A stretch of DNA of 64,000 bases from Chiloscyllium plagiosum (GCF_004010195.1 NC_057759.1:1223212-1287211), one strand, 5' to 3'; positions 38,536-51,612 are shown, numbered from the stretch's first letter. The notes: generated by a model from the letters alone, not told the origin. A program made the numbers and translations.

Positions 38536-41500
38536 ATAGACAATAGGTGCAGGAGTAGGCCATTCTGCCCTTCGAGCCAGCACCACGATTCATTATGATC
38601 ATGGCTGGTCATCCTCAATCAGTATCCTGTTCCTGCCTTATCCCCATAACCCATGATTCCACTATCCTTAAGAGCTCTATCCAACTCTTTCTTGAAAGTA
38701 TCCAGAGACTTGGCCTCCACAGCCTTCTGGGGCAGAGGATTCCATACACCCACCACTCTCTGGGTGAAGAAGTTTCTCCTCAACTCTGTTCTAAGTGGAC
38801 TACCCCTTATTTTTATACTGTGTCCTCTGGTTCGGGACTCACCCATCAGCGGAAACATGCTCCCTGCCTCCAGTGGGACCAATCCTTTAATAATCTTATA
38901 CGTTTCGATCAGATCCCCTCTCAGTCTTCTAAACTCAAGTGTATACAAGCCCAGTCATATAGTTATAGAGATGTACAGCATGGAAACAGACCCATCGGTC
39001 CAATCCGTCCATGCCAACCAGATATCCCAACCCAATCTAGTCCCACCTGCCAGCATCTGGCCCATATCCCTCCAAACCCTTCCTATTCATATACCCATCC
39101 AAATGCCTCTTAAATGTTGCAATTGTACTAGCCTCCACCACTTCCTCTGGCAGCTCATTCCATACCCGTACCACCATCTGCGTGAAAAAGTTGCCCCTTA
39201 GGTCTCTTTTATATCTTTTCCCTCTCACCCTAAACCTATGCCCTCTAGTTCTGGACTCCCAGACCCCAGGGAAAATACTTTGCCTATTTATCCTATCCAT
39301 GCCCCTCATAATTTTGTAAACCTCTATAAGATCACCCCTCAGCCTCCGACGCTCTAGGGAAAACAGCCCCAGCCTGTTCAGCCTCTCCCTATAACACAGA
39401 TCCTCCAACCCTGACAACATCCTTGTAAATCTTTTCTGAACCCTTTCAAGTTTCACAGCATTTTTCCGATAGGAGGAAGACCAGAATTGCATGCAATATT
39501 CCAACAGTGGCCTAACCAATGTCCTGTACAGCCGCAACATGACCTCCCAACTCCTGTATACAATACTCTGACCAATAAAGAAAAGCATACCAAACGCCTT
39601 CTTCACTATCCTATCTACCTGCAACTCCACTTTCAGGAGCTATGAACCTGCACTCCATGGTCACTTTGTTCAGCAACACGCCCTAGGACCTTACCATTAA
39701 GTGTATAAGTCTGCTAAGATTTGCTTTCCCAAAATGCAGCACCTTGCATTTATCTGAATTAAACTCCATCTGCCACTTCTCAGCCCATTGGCCCATCTGG
39801 TCCAGATCCTGTTGTAATCTGAGGTAACCCTCTTCGCTGTCCATTACACCTCCAATTTTGGTGTCATTTGCAAACTTGCTAACTGTATCTCTTATGCTCA
39901 CATCCAAATCATTTATGTAAATGACAAAAGGTAGAGGGCCCAGCACCGATCCTTGTGGCACTCCACTGGTCACAGGCCTCCAGTCTGAAAACCAACCCTC
40001 CACCACCACCCTCTGTCTTCTACCTTTGAGCCAGTTCTGTATCCAAATGGCTAGTTCTCCCTGTATTCCACGAGATCTAACCTTGCTAAGCAGTCCTCAT
40101 GGGGAACCTTGTAAAACGCCTTACTGAAGTCCATATAAATCACATCTACTGCTCTGCCCTCATCGCTCCAATCTTTCAGCGTAAGATAGTCTAGCCATTC
40201 CAGGAATTGACCTTGTGAACCTACGCTGCATTCCCTCAATAGCCAGAATGTCTTTTCTTCAAAGTTGGAGACCAAAATTGCACACAATATTCCAGGTGCG
40301 GTCTCACCAGGGCCCTGTACAGGTGCAGAAGGACCTCTTTGCTTCTGTACTCTATTCTTCTTGTTATGAAGGCCAGCATGCTATTAGCAATCTTCACTGC
40401 CTGCTGTAACTGCATGCTTGCTTTCATTGACTGATGTACAAGAACATCTAGATCTCGTTGTACTGCCCCTTTCCCTAACTTGACTCCATTTAGGTAGTAA
40501 TCTCCCTTCCTGTTCTTGCCACCAAAGTGGATAACCACACATTTATCCACATTAAACTGCATCGGCCATGCATCCGTCCACTCACCTAGCCTGTCCAGGT
40601 CACCCTGAATTCTCCTAACATCTTCTTCACATTTCACCCTGCCACCCAGCTTTGTGTCATCAGCAAATTTGCTAATATTACTTTTAATACCTTCATCTAT
40701 ATCATTAATGTACATTGAAAAAGCTGCGGTTCCAGCACTGATCCCTTCGGCACACCACTGGTCACCGCCTGCCATTCTGAAAGGGAGCCGTTTATCACTA
40801 CTCTTGGTTTCCTGTCAGCCAACCAATTTTCAATCCATGTCAGTATTTTGCCCCTAATACCATGTGCCCTAATTTTGCTCATTAACCTCCTATGTGGGAC
40901 TTCATCAAAGGCTTTCTGAAAGTCCAGGTATACTACAGCCACTGGATCTCCCTTGTCCATCTTCAGAGTTACATCCTCAAAAAATTCCATAAGATTATTC
41001 AAGCAAGATTTCCCCTTCATAAATCCAGGCTGACTCTGACCTATCCTGTCACTGTGTCATAATTTCGTCCTTTATAATTGACTCCAGCATTTTTCCCACC
41101 ACTGAGGTCAGACTAACTGGTCTATAATTCTCTGTTTTCTCTCTCCCTCCTTTCTTAAAAAGTGGGACAACATTAGCCACCCTCCAATCCACAGGAACTC
41201 ATCCTGAATCTATAGAACATTGGAAAATGATCACCAATCCCTCCACGATTTCCAGAGCCTTCTCCTTCAGTATCCTGGGATGCAGACCATCAGGTCCCGG
41301 GGACTTATCAGCCTTCAGACCTAACAGTCTCTCCAACACCATTTCCTGCCTAATATAAATTCCCTTCAGTTCAGGTGCTTCATCCACTATTACATCTGGG
41401 AGATTGCTTGTGTTTTCCCCAGTGAAGACAGATCTAAAGTACCAATTCAACTCTTCTGCCATTTCTTTGTTCCCTATAATAAATACACCTGTTTCTGTCT

Positions 41501-43080
41501 TCAAGGGCCCAATTTTAGTCTTAACCAATTGTTTTCTTTTCACATACCTAGAAAAGCCTTTACTATCCTCCTTTATATTTTTGGCCAGTTTACCTTCGTA
41601 CCTTATTTTTTCTTTGAGAATTACCTTTTTAGTTATCCTCTGTTGTTCTTTAAAAGCTTCCCAGTCCTTCAATTTCCCACTCAGCTTTGCTATGTTATAC
41701 TTTTTCCCTTTTGTCTTTACATGGTCCTTAACTTCCCTCGTCAGCCACGGCCACCCCTGCCTCCACTTCGGATCTTTCTTCCTTTTTGGAATGAACTGAT
41801 CCTGCACCTTCTGCATTATACTCAGAAATATCTGACATTGTTGTTCCACTGCCGTCCTTGCTAGGGTATTGCACCATTGAACTTTGGCCAGCTCCTCCCT
41901 CATAGCTCCATAGTTCCCCTTATTCAACTGAAATATTGTCACTTCCGATTCTACCCTCTCCCTTTCAAACTGCAGATTAAAGCTTATTGTATTGTGGTCA
42001 CTACCTCCTAATGGCTCCTTTACTTCGAGGTCCCTAATCAAATCCAGTTCATTGCACAACAGCAGATCTAGAATTGCTTTCTCCCTGCTAGGCTCCAGCA
42101 CAAGTTGTTCTAAGAATCCATCTTGGAGGCACTCCACAAACTCCCTTTCTTGGAGTCCAGTACCATCCTGATTCTCCCAGTCTACCTGCATGTTGAAATC
42201 CCCCATAACAACTGTAGTGATATCTTTGCGACAAGCTAATTTCAGCTCCTTATTCAACTTACACACTACATCCAGGCTACTGTTTGGGGGCCTGTAGATA
42301 ATTCGCATTAGGGTCTTTCTACCCTTAGAATTTCTCAGCTCTATCTATACTGACTCTATATCCCCTGATTCTAGGTCCCCCGCGCAAGGGACTGAACAGG
42401 GCCACACCACCACCTCTGCCAGTCAGTCTCTCCTTACGATAGCACGTATAGCCTTGAATATTCATTTCCCAGGCACCTGACCCACGTCTCAGTTATCCCC
42501 ACAACATCGGAACTGCCAATTTCCAAATGAGCCTCAAGCTCATCCATCTTATTTTTAATGCTTCGTGCATTCATATATAATATTTTTAATTTGTTACTCC
42601 CCTCACCCTTCCTATCAATCCTATTTCACTTGACCTTACGGCATGATCCTTTTCTGAGTTTTCTGCTCCATTGATTCCGTTGTCTTTCTTGACTTCTCTT
42701 GTTCTAACTTTTCCTTTAACTTCCTTCTTAAACTTTCAGTTTGTCCCCTCCCCCCGCTATTTAGTTTAAATGCAGCTGTGTTGCAGTGGCAAACCTACCT
42801 GCCAGAATGCTGGTCCCCCACCTATTAAGGTTCAACCTGTCCCTCTCGTATAATTTATCCTTACCGCTAAACATACCCCAGTGATCCAAGAATTTAAATC
42901 CTTATCCTTGCTTCCTGCACCAGTTCCCCAGCCACACATTCAAATCCATTATCTCCCTGTTCCTGTCCCCTCCAGCCCGAGGAACTGGAAGCAAACCGGA
43001 GATAACCACCCTGGATGTCCTGCTTTTCAGCCTTCTTCCGAGTTCTCCGAAGTCCTGCTGTAGAATGTCTCTCCTCTTCT
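38536..43080 (-). mobile_element. Near-full-length CR1 (ORF1 tail, endonuclease, RT) with a second CR1 nested at about 38956-40163
   Basis: 369-aa endonuclease ORF 41199-42308; YLDFQKAFD, KFADDTKLGG; host sequence of paralog 25920-25950 resumes at about 43080. Confidence 0.95.
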
Positions 43081-43632
43081 TTCCAGTCACAGAGTGGATT
43101 GAGTCAGGTTCATATTGAGCTCCATTTCCAGGGAGATATGTTCAAACCAAGAGTCAAACAACACCACCAAGGAAATAGAAGTTTATATTTTTTTTTATCT
43201 ATATTCTCAATGCATGCTACCCAGTTCCAATCAACATGAGTGAATCCTCATCCGAAATATACATTGCATTAAATCTGAACATAGAACGGTACAGCACAGG
43301 AATGGGTCCTTCAGCCCACGATGTTGTGCCGAACATGGCGCCGAATGAAATTTAATCCCTTCTGCCTGCCCATGGTCCATATCCCTCCATTTCTTGCATA
43401 TTAATTTGCTTTTTTAAAAGTCCCTTCAATACCTTTATCGTGGCTGACTCCATCATCACCCCTTGCAGTGCATGCCACTCCTACCATTCACTACATTAAA
43501 AAAAAACTACACCTTAGGTCTCCTTTGAACTTTCCCCCTTATATGCATGCCTTTTAGTTTTAGACATTTCAACTCTTGGAAAAAGATTCTGACCATCAGC
43601 TTTAACCATGCATCTTATAATTTTATAGACTT

Positions 43633-44165
43633 CTGGATATAGGTTTGCTCGCTGAGCTGGAAGGTTTGTTTTCAGACATTTTGTCACCATACTAGGTAAC
43701 ATCATCAGTGAGCCTCAGGATGAAGCACTGGTGGTAGTTATGTGTTTAGATTTCCTTGGGTTGGTGATGTCATTTAGTGTCTGTTTTCTCTGGGGTGGTA
43801 AATGGAATTCAAGTCAACGTGTTTGTTTTTAGAGTTCCGTTTGGAATACCATGCTTCTCTGTTTGGCCTTTCTTAGGATGGATGTGTTGTCCTAATTGAA
43901 GTGGTGTCCTTCTTCATCTGTATAAGGATACTAGTGAGAGTGGATCATGTCATTTTGTGGCTAGTTGATGTTAATGTATCCCAGTGCCTACTTTTCTGCC
44001 TGTTTGTCCAAATAGAAAGCGGGCCATTACCACCAGTGCTTCATCTGGACGTTCACTGACGATGGTATCTAGTATGGTGACAAAACATCTGAAAAAGAAC
44101 CATCCAGCTCAGCGAGCAAAGCTAGATCTAGAACCTCAACCTGAGCTACAACTCTTCTCAAAATG
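43633..44165 (-). mobile_element. Penelope-like element (GIY-YIG remnant, inverted terminal repeats) inside a CR1 tail
   Basis: GQTGRK..GI H.HQLATK.HDPLSLVS and EAWYSKRNSKNKHVDL on minus strand; direct repeat TTATAGACTT 43623-43632 and 44166-44175. Confidence 0.88.
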
Positions 44166-44336
44166 TTATAGACTTTTATTAAGTCTGCCCTCAGTCTCTG
44201 CTGCTCAGAAGAAAACTATTTGGGTTTTTCTAGCTTCTCTTTATAGCTCATACCAGCTAGACAACATTCTGGCAAACTTCTTCTGCACCCTCTCTAAATC
44301 CTCCACGTCCTTCCTGTAATGTGCTGACCACAACTG

Positions 44337-45050
44337 AAAAATCACGCAACACCAGATTATAGTCCAGCAGGTTCATTTGGAAGTACTAGCTTTCAGATCG
44401 CTGCTCCTTCATCAGGTAGCCGTGAAACAGGATCATGAGACATAGAATCTATCATAAAAGATTATAGTGTCATGCAACTGAAATGATATTTTGAAGAAAC
44501 CTAGATTGCTGTTCAGTGTTTCATCTTTTAGAATGGGTTGCAGGTTTCGGTTCATTAATATGTACATCCCAAAACTTCTTTTAAGTCACATTCCAAAGAT
44601 GACTTCAGATTTTATTTAAAAAAGGGTGACATCTCAACTCAAACAATGTATTAAAGGTGTGAGGTTAGAGTCTGTCTGTATCCCAATCTTGAGTCAGACT
44701 GGTTCTATTGCCAAAGTAGGAATATATAAAATATTACATGGATTGACTGCCTGCAGATTGTGCTCTTTTTGAGCAACATAGAATGTATCCGCAAATATAA
44801 TTCTGCAAATGCAAATTCACCCCAGAGACTTGCATATGTGTGTGCGTGCGTAAGAGAGAGGGAGCAGAGTATATGCTTGGTAAAGTGTGTGTATGAGTGT
44901 GATAGAGTATAAGCCTGTGAGAGGGTGTGTGCATGGGGATGTGCATGTATGAGGGAAAGCATGTGGATGAGAGAGGGTCTGCATGAGTGTGAGTGTGTAG
45001 TGTGACAGGAACCCAAGGTCCCGATTGAGGTTGTCCTCACAGGTTTTGAA
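44337..45050 (-). mobile_element. Penelope-like element 3' part with hammerhead core (44383-44419)
   Basis: FKTCEDNLNRDLGFLSHY C-terminus; tac-CTGATGA-a-ggagc-agc-gatct-GAAAG-CTA-gta. Confidence 0.83.
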
Positions 45051-46202
45051 TTTTAGTCAGGATACTTTTAACGTAACAATCGAGGTGAACAAATAGATGA
45101 TGCTGTTAGTTTGTAGTTATATGTGAGGTAGATAGTGAGCACATTGAAGGAAACATTTCATCTATCAGTAACTGAGAAGGACAGAATTAATCTTTTGACA
45201 CAAAACTCTAATTATGGCCCAAGGAAAGTCAACCAATAAGGCAAGCACGCCATACGCTGCCTTCTAGATACCACCCTATCTACTTGCATGGCCACTTTCA
45301 GGGAGCTATAGACTTGAACCCCAATGTTGTTCAGAGTACAGCCATTAACTGTATACCTTTCCTTAACAATTGATCTCCCAAAGTCCAGCATCTTACACCT
45401 GCTGAATTAAACTCAATCTGTCATTTCTCCACCCATATCTGAAAGTGATCTATATCCTGCTGTATCCTTTGACAAACTTCTACCCTCCCCACAAGTTCAC
45501 CAATCTTTATATTGTCTGCATTTAGTAACGATAATTTTAATGTTACAATCAAGGTGAATAAATAGCTGATGCAATTACTTTGAGCAACCATATGTAAAGT
45601 ACATATTGAGCCCAAATTGAATTGAAGGATACATTTCAGCTATCAGTAATTGTGAAGGACAATTAATCTTTTGTCACTTACATAGACACAGCAATCAAAT
45701 AATATGAATTCCAAATGCATAATCTGTGTCAAAGTCTAACATAGAATGATTAATGTGTAGGTACGTAACCAAATGTTTTCCCCCACCCCCCTCCCCAAAC
45801 CACACACACACACAATCTCTCTGACTCTCTCTCTGACTTACGATGAGTTTCAAAAACATACACCATCCTGATACACAGTACAATATCTAACAGCCGTACA
45901 GTTCCATTGACATTGCAAGTAACACAAAATGTTATGTTCAAAATGATTTCTACCCACAGATCCTTTGTCAGAGAGGCCTATGGCACAGAATCAGGCCCTT
46001 TGAAACTTTTGAGTCTTCACTGATCAGAAACAACCACCTAACAATTTTCATCCTGATCAGCCAGCATCTATTTGCATAAATGGATCATGGTAGCAGAGGA
46101 GCTTATCATCCCCATCTTTCTCACAACATCATTCTGCATTTCTTCATATTGCAGTAGAAGACTTTGTTTTGTCTGTTTCAGTCCATCCAGAAACTTTTTT
46201 TT

Positions 46203-46473
46203 NNNNNNNNNNNNNNNNNNNNNNNNNNNNNNNNNNNNNNNNNNNNNNNNNNNNNNNNNNNNNNNNNNNNNNNNNNNNNNNNNNNNNNNNNNNNNNNNNN
46301 NNNNNNNNNNNNNNNNNNNNNNNNNNNNNNNNNNNNNNNNNNNNNNNNNNNNNNNNNNNNNNNNNNNNNNNNNNNNNNNNNNNNNNNNNNNNNNNNNNNN
46401 NNNNNNNNNNNNNNNNNNNNNNNNNNNNNNNNNNNNNNNNNNNNNNNNNNNNNNNNNNNNNNNNNNNNNNNNN
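46203..46473. other. Assembly gap (271 N)
   Basis: Run of N. Confidence 1.
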
Positions 46474-47739
46474 GCTGCAATTTTCACAATATATCAGTGG
46501 AATCTAATAACCACCCTTCCAAGCAGTGGAGAAAAGGGGGGAAAAAATGCCAAATTTGTTAGGCTTGTAGAATTGTGCATTTTATTTTCAAGCAGAGTTA
46601 AACAGTGTTGATTATTCCATGAATTGAATTTGACAGTTTACATATTCTGCACTGCATGACAAAAAAAAAGTCCTTTTCCTTTCCTCCTCCTTACTATCGA
46701 GCAACATATGACTACTGCTAATGGTGCATCATCACACTACAGAGCAGGGTAATGTTCTGTCTACATCAGAAAATAGAAGTAAATTAGCCAATTGTCTTTT
46801 CCGTACAAGGTCAGTCAGCTCCAATGCAGTTGAATTGTTTGTCACTTAGTTGCAAATGGATTCAGTTTACACTGATTTTTAGTTCACCAGTATTCATAAA
46901 AGAACATCACTATGCACTGAAACAAAAACTGGTGGCTTTCTGGAGACCAACATTTTATATCAATACTGTGTATTAGATTCCGCACTATACAAGATACAAA
47001 AGGTCCATTGTGTTTCCTACCTTGACTCTTAAGAACAGCACAGAAAGTGTTACATTTCACTTGCACGTAATTCCTACAGGCACTAACAATTAAAGAACTT
47101 CGGCTGTTTCCCATTCACCACAGGAGACATGAACGGAGAAACAAAGTGGCAGCACAAGAGCACACTCCCTCTCACTCAGCCGCTGGATGCTGAAAGGAAA
47201 AGAATAAAATTTGGCCTCAATTATTGCCAGATATGAATTGACTCTCAACATCACATATCACAGCTGAGGGCCTCACACAATGTAAAAATAAACAGACTGA
47301 AATGCAATATAATTAAGCATCATTGAAGAGTTTATTTACAGAGTTTCTGCTACACTCAGACAAAACCACAACTGAACATAGATGAATGAGATCCAGTAAA
47401 TCTCCAATGACCCCTCTCCAGAGCTTGAGGATCATTCCTTAAATAAGTTGCCCAGAACTGAACACAAACGTGATCTGACCAACAAAGGACGACAGTTATT
47501 AAAAGTCAGCTGTCTACAGAACTGATGTCAAATTGTTCTTTCCATATGGACACTGACAATGTGTGGACGAAGTTCACATTCCCAACAATTATTGCAGAAC
47601 TGATGCATAGGAGAATGTCCTAGTACAGGCACAATGGGCTGAATGGTCTGCTTCTGTGCTGTACCATATCAGTGATTCTGATTTTGGTGAGAAAGGAGAT
47701 GACATCCTGTTGTGTTGCATATTGGTATAAAAAATATCA

Positions 47740-48000
47740 TTCACATATTGACACAGGAGAAAATGACAAATACAGATTAATATCGACATTCTCAAATCAC
47801 AGTAGGGACAGACCAATAAATACACTCACACATTCACACAGGAAACGGACAAATACAGGTCAACATTGACAGTCTCAATTCACAGAGCAGGAACAGACTG
47901 GTAAATACATTCACATATTCACATAGGAGAAAACGGACAGGTAGAATTGATAGTTACATGCACATAGAAGAAACTGACACGTACACATTGATAACTACAT
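47740..48000 (+). repeat. Degenerate ~48-bp satellite
   Basis: Same monomer family. Confidence 0.8.
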
Positions 48001-48004
48001 GGTT

Positions 48005-48870
48005 CTATAAATGATTCGGACTTGGGTGTTGAGGACATAATCTCTAAATTCGCAGTTGACACTAACCCAGGGAGAGGAGTGAATTGTGAGGATGATGCTG
48101 AGTGACTTCACAGGGAGATTGACAAGTTGGCCAAATGGGTAGAAATTTGGCAGATGAATTCAAATGCAGAGAAATAAAATGAAATGCATTTTGCTAACAG
48201 AAACACACGGCAACAATGCAGGATCAAAGGTACATCTTTGAGGGGAGCACTGGAGCAAAGGGACCTCTGGGTTCACGTATATCATTCTCTGAAGGTGGCC
48301 AGGCAGGTTGAAACTGTTGTGAAGAAGGTTTATAGGATCCTTATGGTTATAAATAAAGGCATTGAGTATAAAACTGAGGAAGTGATGCGATACCTCTACA
48401 AGTCATTGGTCAGGCCACATTTGTGTTCAGTTCTATTTAAGGAAGGATCTTCAAGCTCTGGAGAGGGTCCACTGGAGATTTACGAGAATGAGAGCAGGAA
48501 TGAAGGATTTTACATACAAGGAAGGATTAGTGACACCAGGCTTCTTCTCCTTGAAGCAGAGAAGATTAAGAGGAGGAATTTATGAGGTATTCAAAAATAT
48601 GAAGAATTTTGACAGTGGAAAGAAGAACATTTTGTTACCATTACTTGGTATGTTGGTAACTAAGGGTCACAATTTCAACACTGTCAGCAAGAGAGTTAGG
48701 TGTGAGATGAAGAGAAATGTCTTTACTCAGAGTTGTTAGGATTTGGATTGTGCACTTGGGATAGTGGTGGAGGTGGAATCCATTTGAGGTATGAAAATAA
48801 AGCTGGATGTGTATATAAAGTGAAGTTGGAGGGCAACGAAGATAGGGCTGGCGAATGATCCTGTCTTGAA
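48005..48870 (+). mobile_element. Degenerate CR1 3' part
   Basis: EQRDLWVHV...LYKSLVRPHL; FSLKQRRLRG. Confidence 0.88.
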
Positions 48871-49307
48871 TTATTTCCAGCTCACTACAAAATCAATAAA
48901 TGATGCACAGAGTACATTCAATTCATTGTCTAGTCTGCCTCAACCCATTCCCCAGGAAATCAGTTGGATGCTCAAGTTAGGGAAAGACACCATAAAATCT
49001 CAAATCTTGTCCATCAACAGATAGATCATGCTACAGAGGTATAAATTGACCCACCGAGAGTTCTGGGAGAGACCATATTTCAGATGATTTCTCAAAACAA
49101 ATCCATCTTTCGAACTGATATCTTGTTGAGTGAATTGAGACAAAACTTAGCCAAGTCGCAGAAACGTGACAGTGCGACGCCTTCTCTTCCTTGTCCTCCT
49201 TATTTGCTGGAAGATAGATTTGCTGTTGATCGATTTGTGAAGGTTCACAGGCTTTCTTCTGCACTGTCTCACAATGTCTATGGAAGGCTAACATAAACGT
49301 TTCCCTC

Positions 49308-49400
49308 TTAGTCTTGACCTGGTTCCTCATCCCCTCCTGTATCTGTGTGCCTCAGGGTGGCGTATGTGATGCAGGGTGGTTGCTGTTCCGCTTGGTCAAC
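49308..49400 (-). CDS. Putative terminal coding exon with ITIM-like motif (VDQAEQQPPCITYATLRHTDTGGDEEPGQD*)
   Basis: Acceptor ttcttgttgatctgttttcAG at 49402-49401; phase-0 frame open to TAA; ITYATL fits (I/V/L/S)xYxx(L/V); non-repetitive sequence follows. Confidence 0.5.
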   Translation of the reverse strand, partial: VDQAEQQPPCITYATLRHTDTGGDEEPGQD

Positions 49401-49436
49401 CTGAAAACAGATCAACAAGAAATGTAGTAGGAGCAG

Positions 49437-50310
49437 GACCAAAATTTGTGGCATTTTGGACAGAGGAGAAGGTTATCTAAGAGGACAATGGAAATTTGAT
49501 CAACTGGGCCAGTGGATCAGGGAATGGCAGATGAAGTTTAATTTAGATAAATGCGAGGTGTTGCATTTTGGTAAGGCAAACAAGGGCAGAACCTATACTG
49601 TTAATAGTACAAGTCTGGGGAGTGTTTCGAACAAACAGACCTAGGGGTGCAGGAAGACAGTTCCTTAAATTTGGCACTGCAGCAAGACACTGTGAAGTAA
49701 GCGTTTGGCTTGCTTCCCTTCACTGGTCAGAGCATTGACGACAGGAGTTGGGGCATCATGTTGCAGCTGTACAGGATATTGGTGAGGCCACTTTTAGAAT
49801 ACAGTGTACAGTTCTGGTCAACCTGCTGTAGAAAGGATGTTGTTAAGCTGGAAAGGTTACAAAGACATTACCAAGATTGCAGGGTTTGTGTTATAAGGGA
49901 ATGCTTCTTAAGCTGGGAGCTTTTCTCCCCTGTAGCGTTGGAGGCTGAGGGGTGACCTTACAGAGGTTATAAAATCATGAGGGGCACAGAAAAGGGTATG
50001 GTCTTTAACCCAGGGTAGGGGTGTATAAAACTAGTGAGCATAGGATGAAGGTGAGAAGGGAAAGATTAAAACAGGACCTGAGAGACAAATTTATCACACA
50101 GAAGGCAGTAAGCACATGGAATGAGCTGCAAGAGGAAGTGGTAGAGGCAGGTACAATTACAACATTTCAAAGACATTTGGAAAGGTACATGGATAAGAAA
50201 GGTTTAGAGCGATATGGGCCAAATGCAGATAAATGGGACTAGTTGAGTTTGGGAAACCTTGTCAGCATGGGTGAGTTGGGCTGAAGGGCCTGTTTCCGTG
50301 CTGTATGACT
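49437..50310 (+). mobile_element. CR1 3' part
   Basis: WQMKFNLDKCEVLHFG; WNELQEEVVEAGTITTF. Confidence 0.9.
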
Positions 50311-51339
50311 TGGTGAACTCGGATGAGAATAACAGACTTTGCCTGAAAGACAATCAGAATGTACAGGAGGAGCTGTGAATATGTGGGGTCATTATACAGA
50401 CCAATTTCTCTTGGCAAAGCACATGATTGGGACAAGCCTAAAACTGACCCTGACAAATGTTATTTCTCTGTCCTCTGAACAGGATGTGGTCATCTCTGTC
50501 AAGGTGGAAAGTGGATGCGATTCCGAAATGACCTTGAACCAATCGACTTGCTCAGCCAGAAGGCAGTGAATAGTTTGCAAAGGGTTAGGAGTCAAGTGCA
50601 GAACAGAGAGGGTAAGGAGGGCAGGTTTCATTCCCTTAAGGACCATCACAGACAGGAACAGGAGAAGGCCATTCGACCCCTCAAGCCTGCTCAGCTATTC
50701 AATCACACAGTGGCTGATGCCCCATTCCTCTGTAACCCTCAATTCCCCGACTGATCAGGAACCTACCTACTCCAGCCTTAAACATATTCCCTGTCCCCCC
50801 ACACAGCTATCTGTGGCAAGGAGTTCCAAAGACACTCAACCCTCAGAAGAAACTCCTCCTCACCTCAGTCTTCAATTCTGAACCAGATGGTTGTTTGTTC
50901 CTGACAACAGTCATCATTAGAGTCTTAACTCCAGATCTGTTTTGTTTAAAATTTAATTCCAAACTCACCACCTGCTACAGCAAGATTCAAATTCACATCT
51001 GCAGGGCATTCCCTGGGAAGCTGAAAACAGGTTTTTGCTTCCCCATTATTTCAGAAACTGAAAGTGAATCTCCTCAAAATTGATGATCAGAATAAATTGC
51101 TACACACCATTGAGCTAAACATTGATGTCCCCAGAATCCATACAGTGTGGAAAGAGACCATTCAGTCTGTCCCATACCAGTGAAGAGGATCCCACCCAGA
51201 CCCCAACCCTACCTCTACCCCGCATTAACCATGGCCAATCCCCCGAACCTGCACATCATAGAATCCTACAGCGTGGAAGCAGACCTTTCAGTCCATCGGG
51301 TCCATATATTGACCCTCTGAATAGCTTCCAACCCCAGCC

Positions 51340-51612
51340 CAACACCCTCTCTAATCCCTGTAACCTAGCATTTCCCATGGCTAATCCTCCTAGCTTGCAT
51401 AACTCTCACACTATGGGCAACTTAGTATAACCAATCCATCTAAACTCCAAATCTTTGGACTGTGGGGGGGAACTGGAGCACCCGGAGAAAACTCAAGCAG
51501 AGAAGGGGAGAATGTGCAAACTCCCAATAGAAAGTCACCCGAGGCTGGAATTGTTCCTGGGTCCCTGGCGCTTTGAGGCAGCAATGCTAACCACTGAGCC
51601 ACTGTGCCACCC
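51340..51612 (-). mobile_element. HE1-type SINE
   Basis: Minus strand starts GGGTGGCACAGTGGCTCAGTGGTTAGCA. Confidence 0.85.

Noticed and set aside
46068..46611. ORFs spanning the N run
   Set aside because: Assembly-gap artefacts
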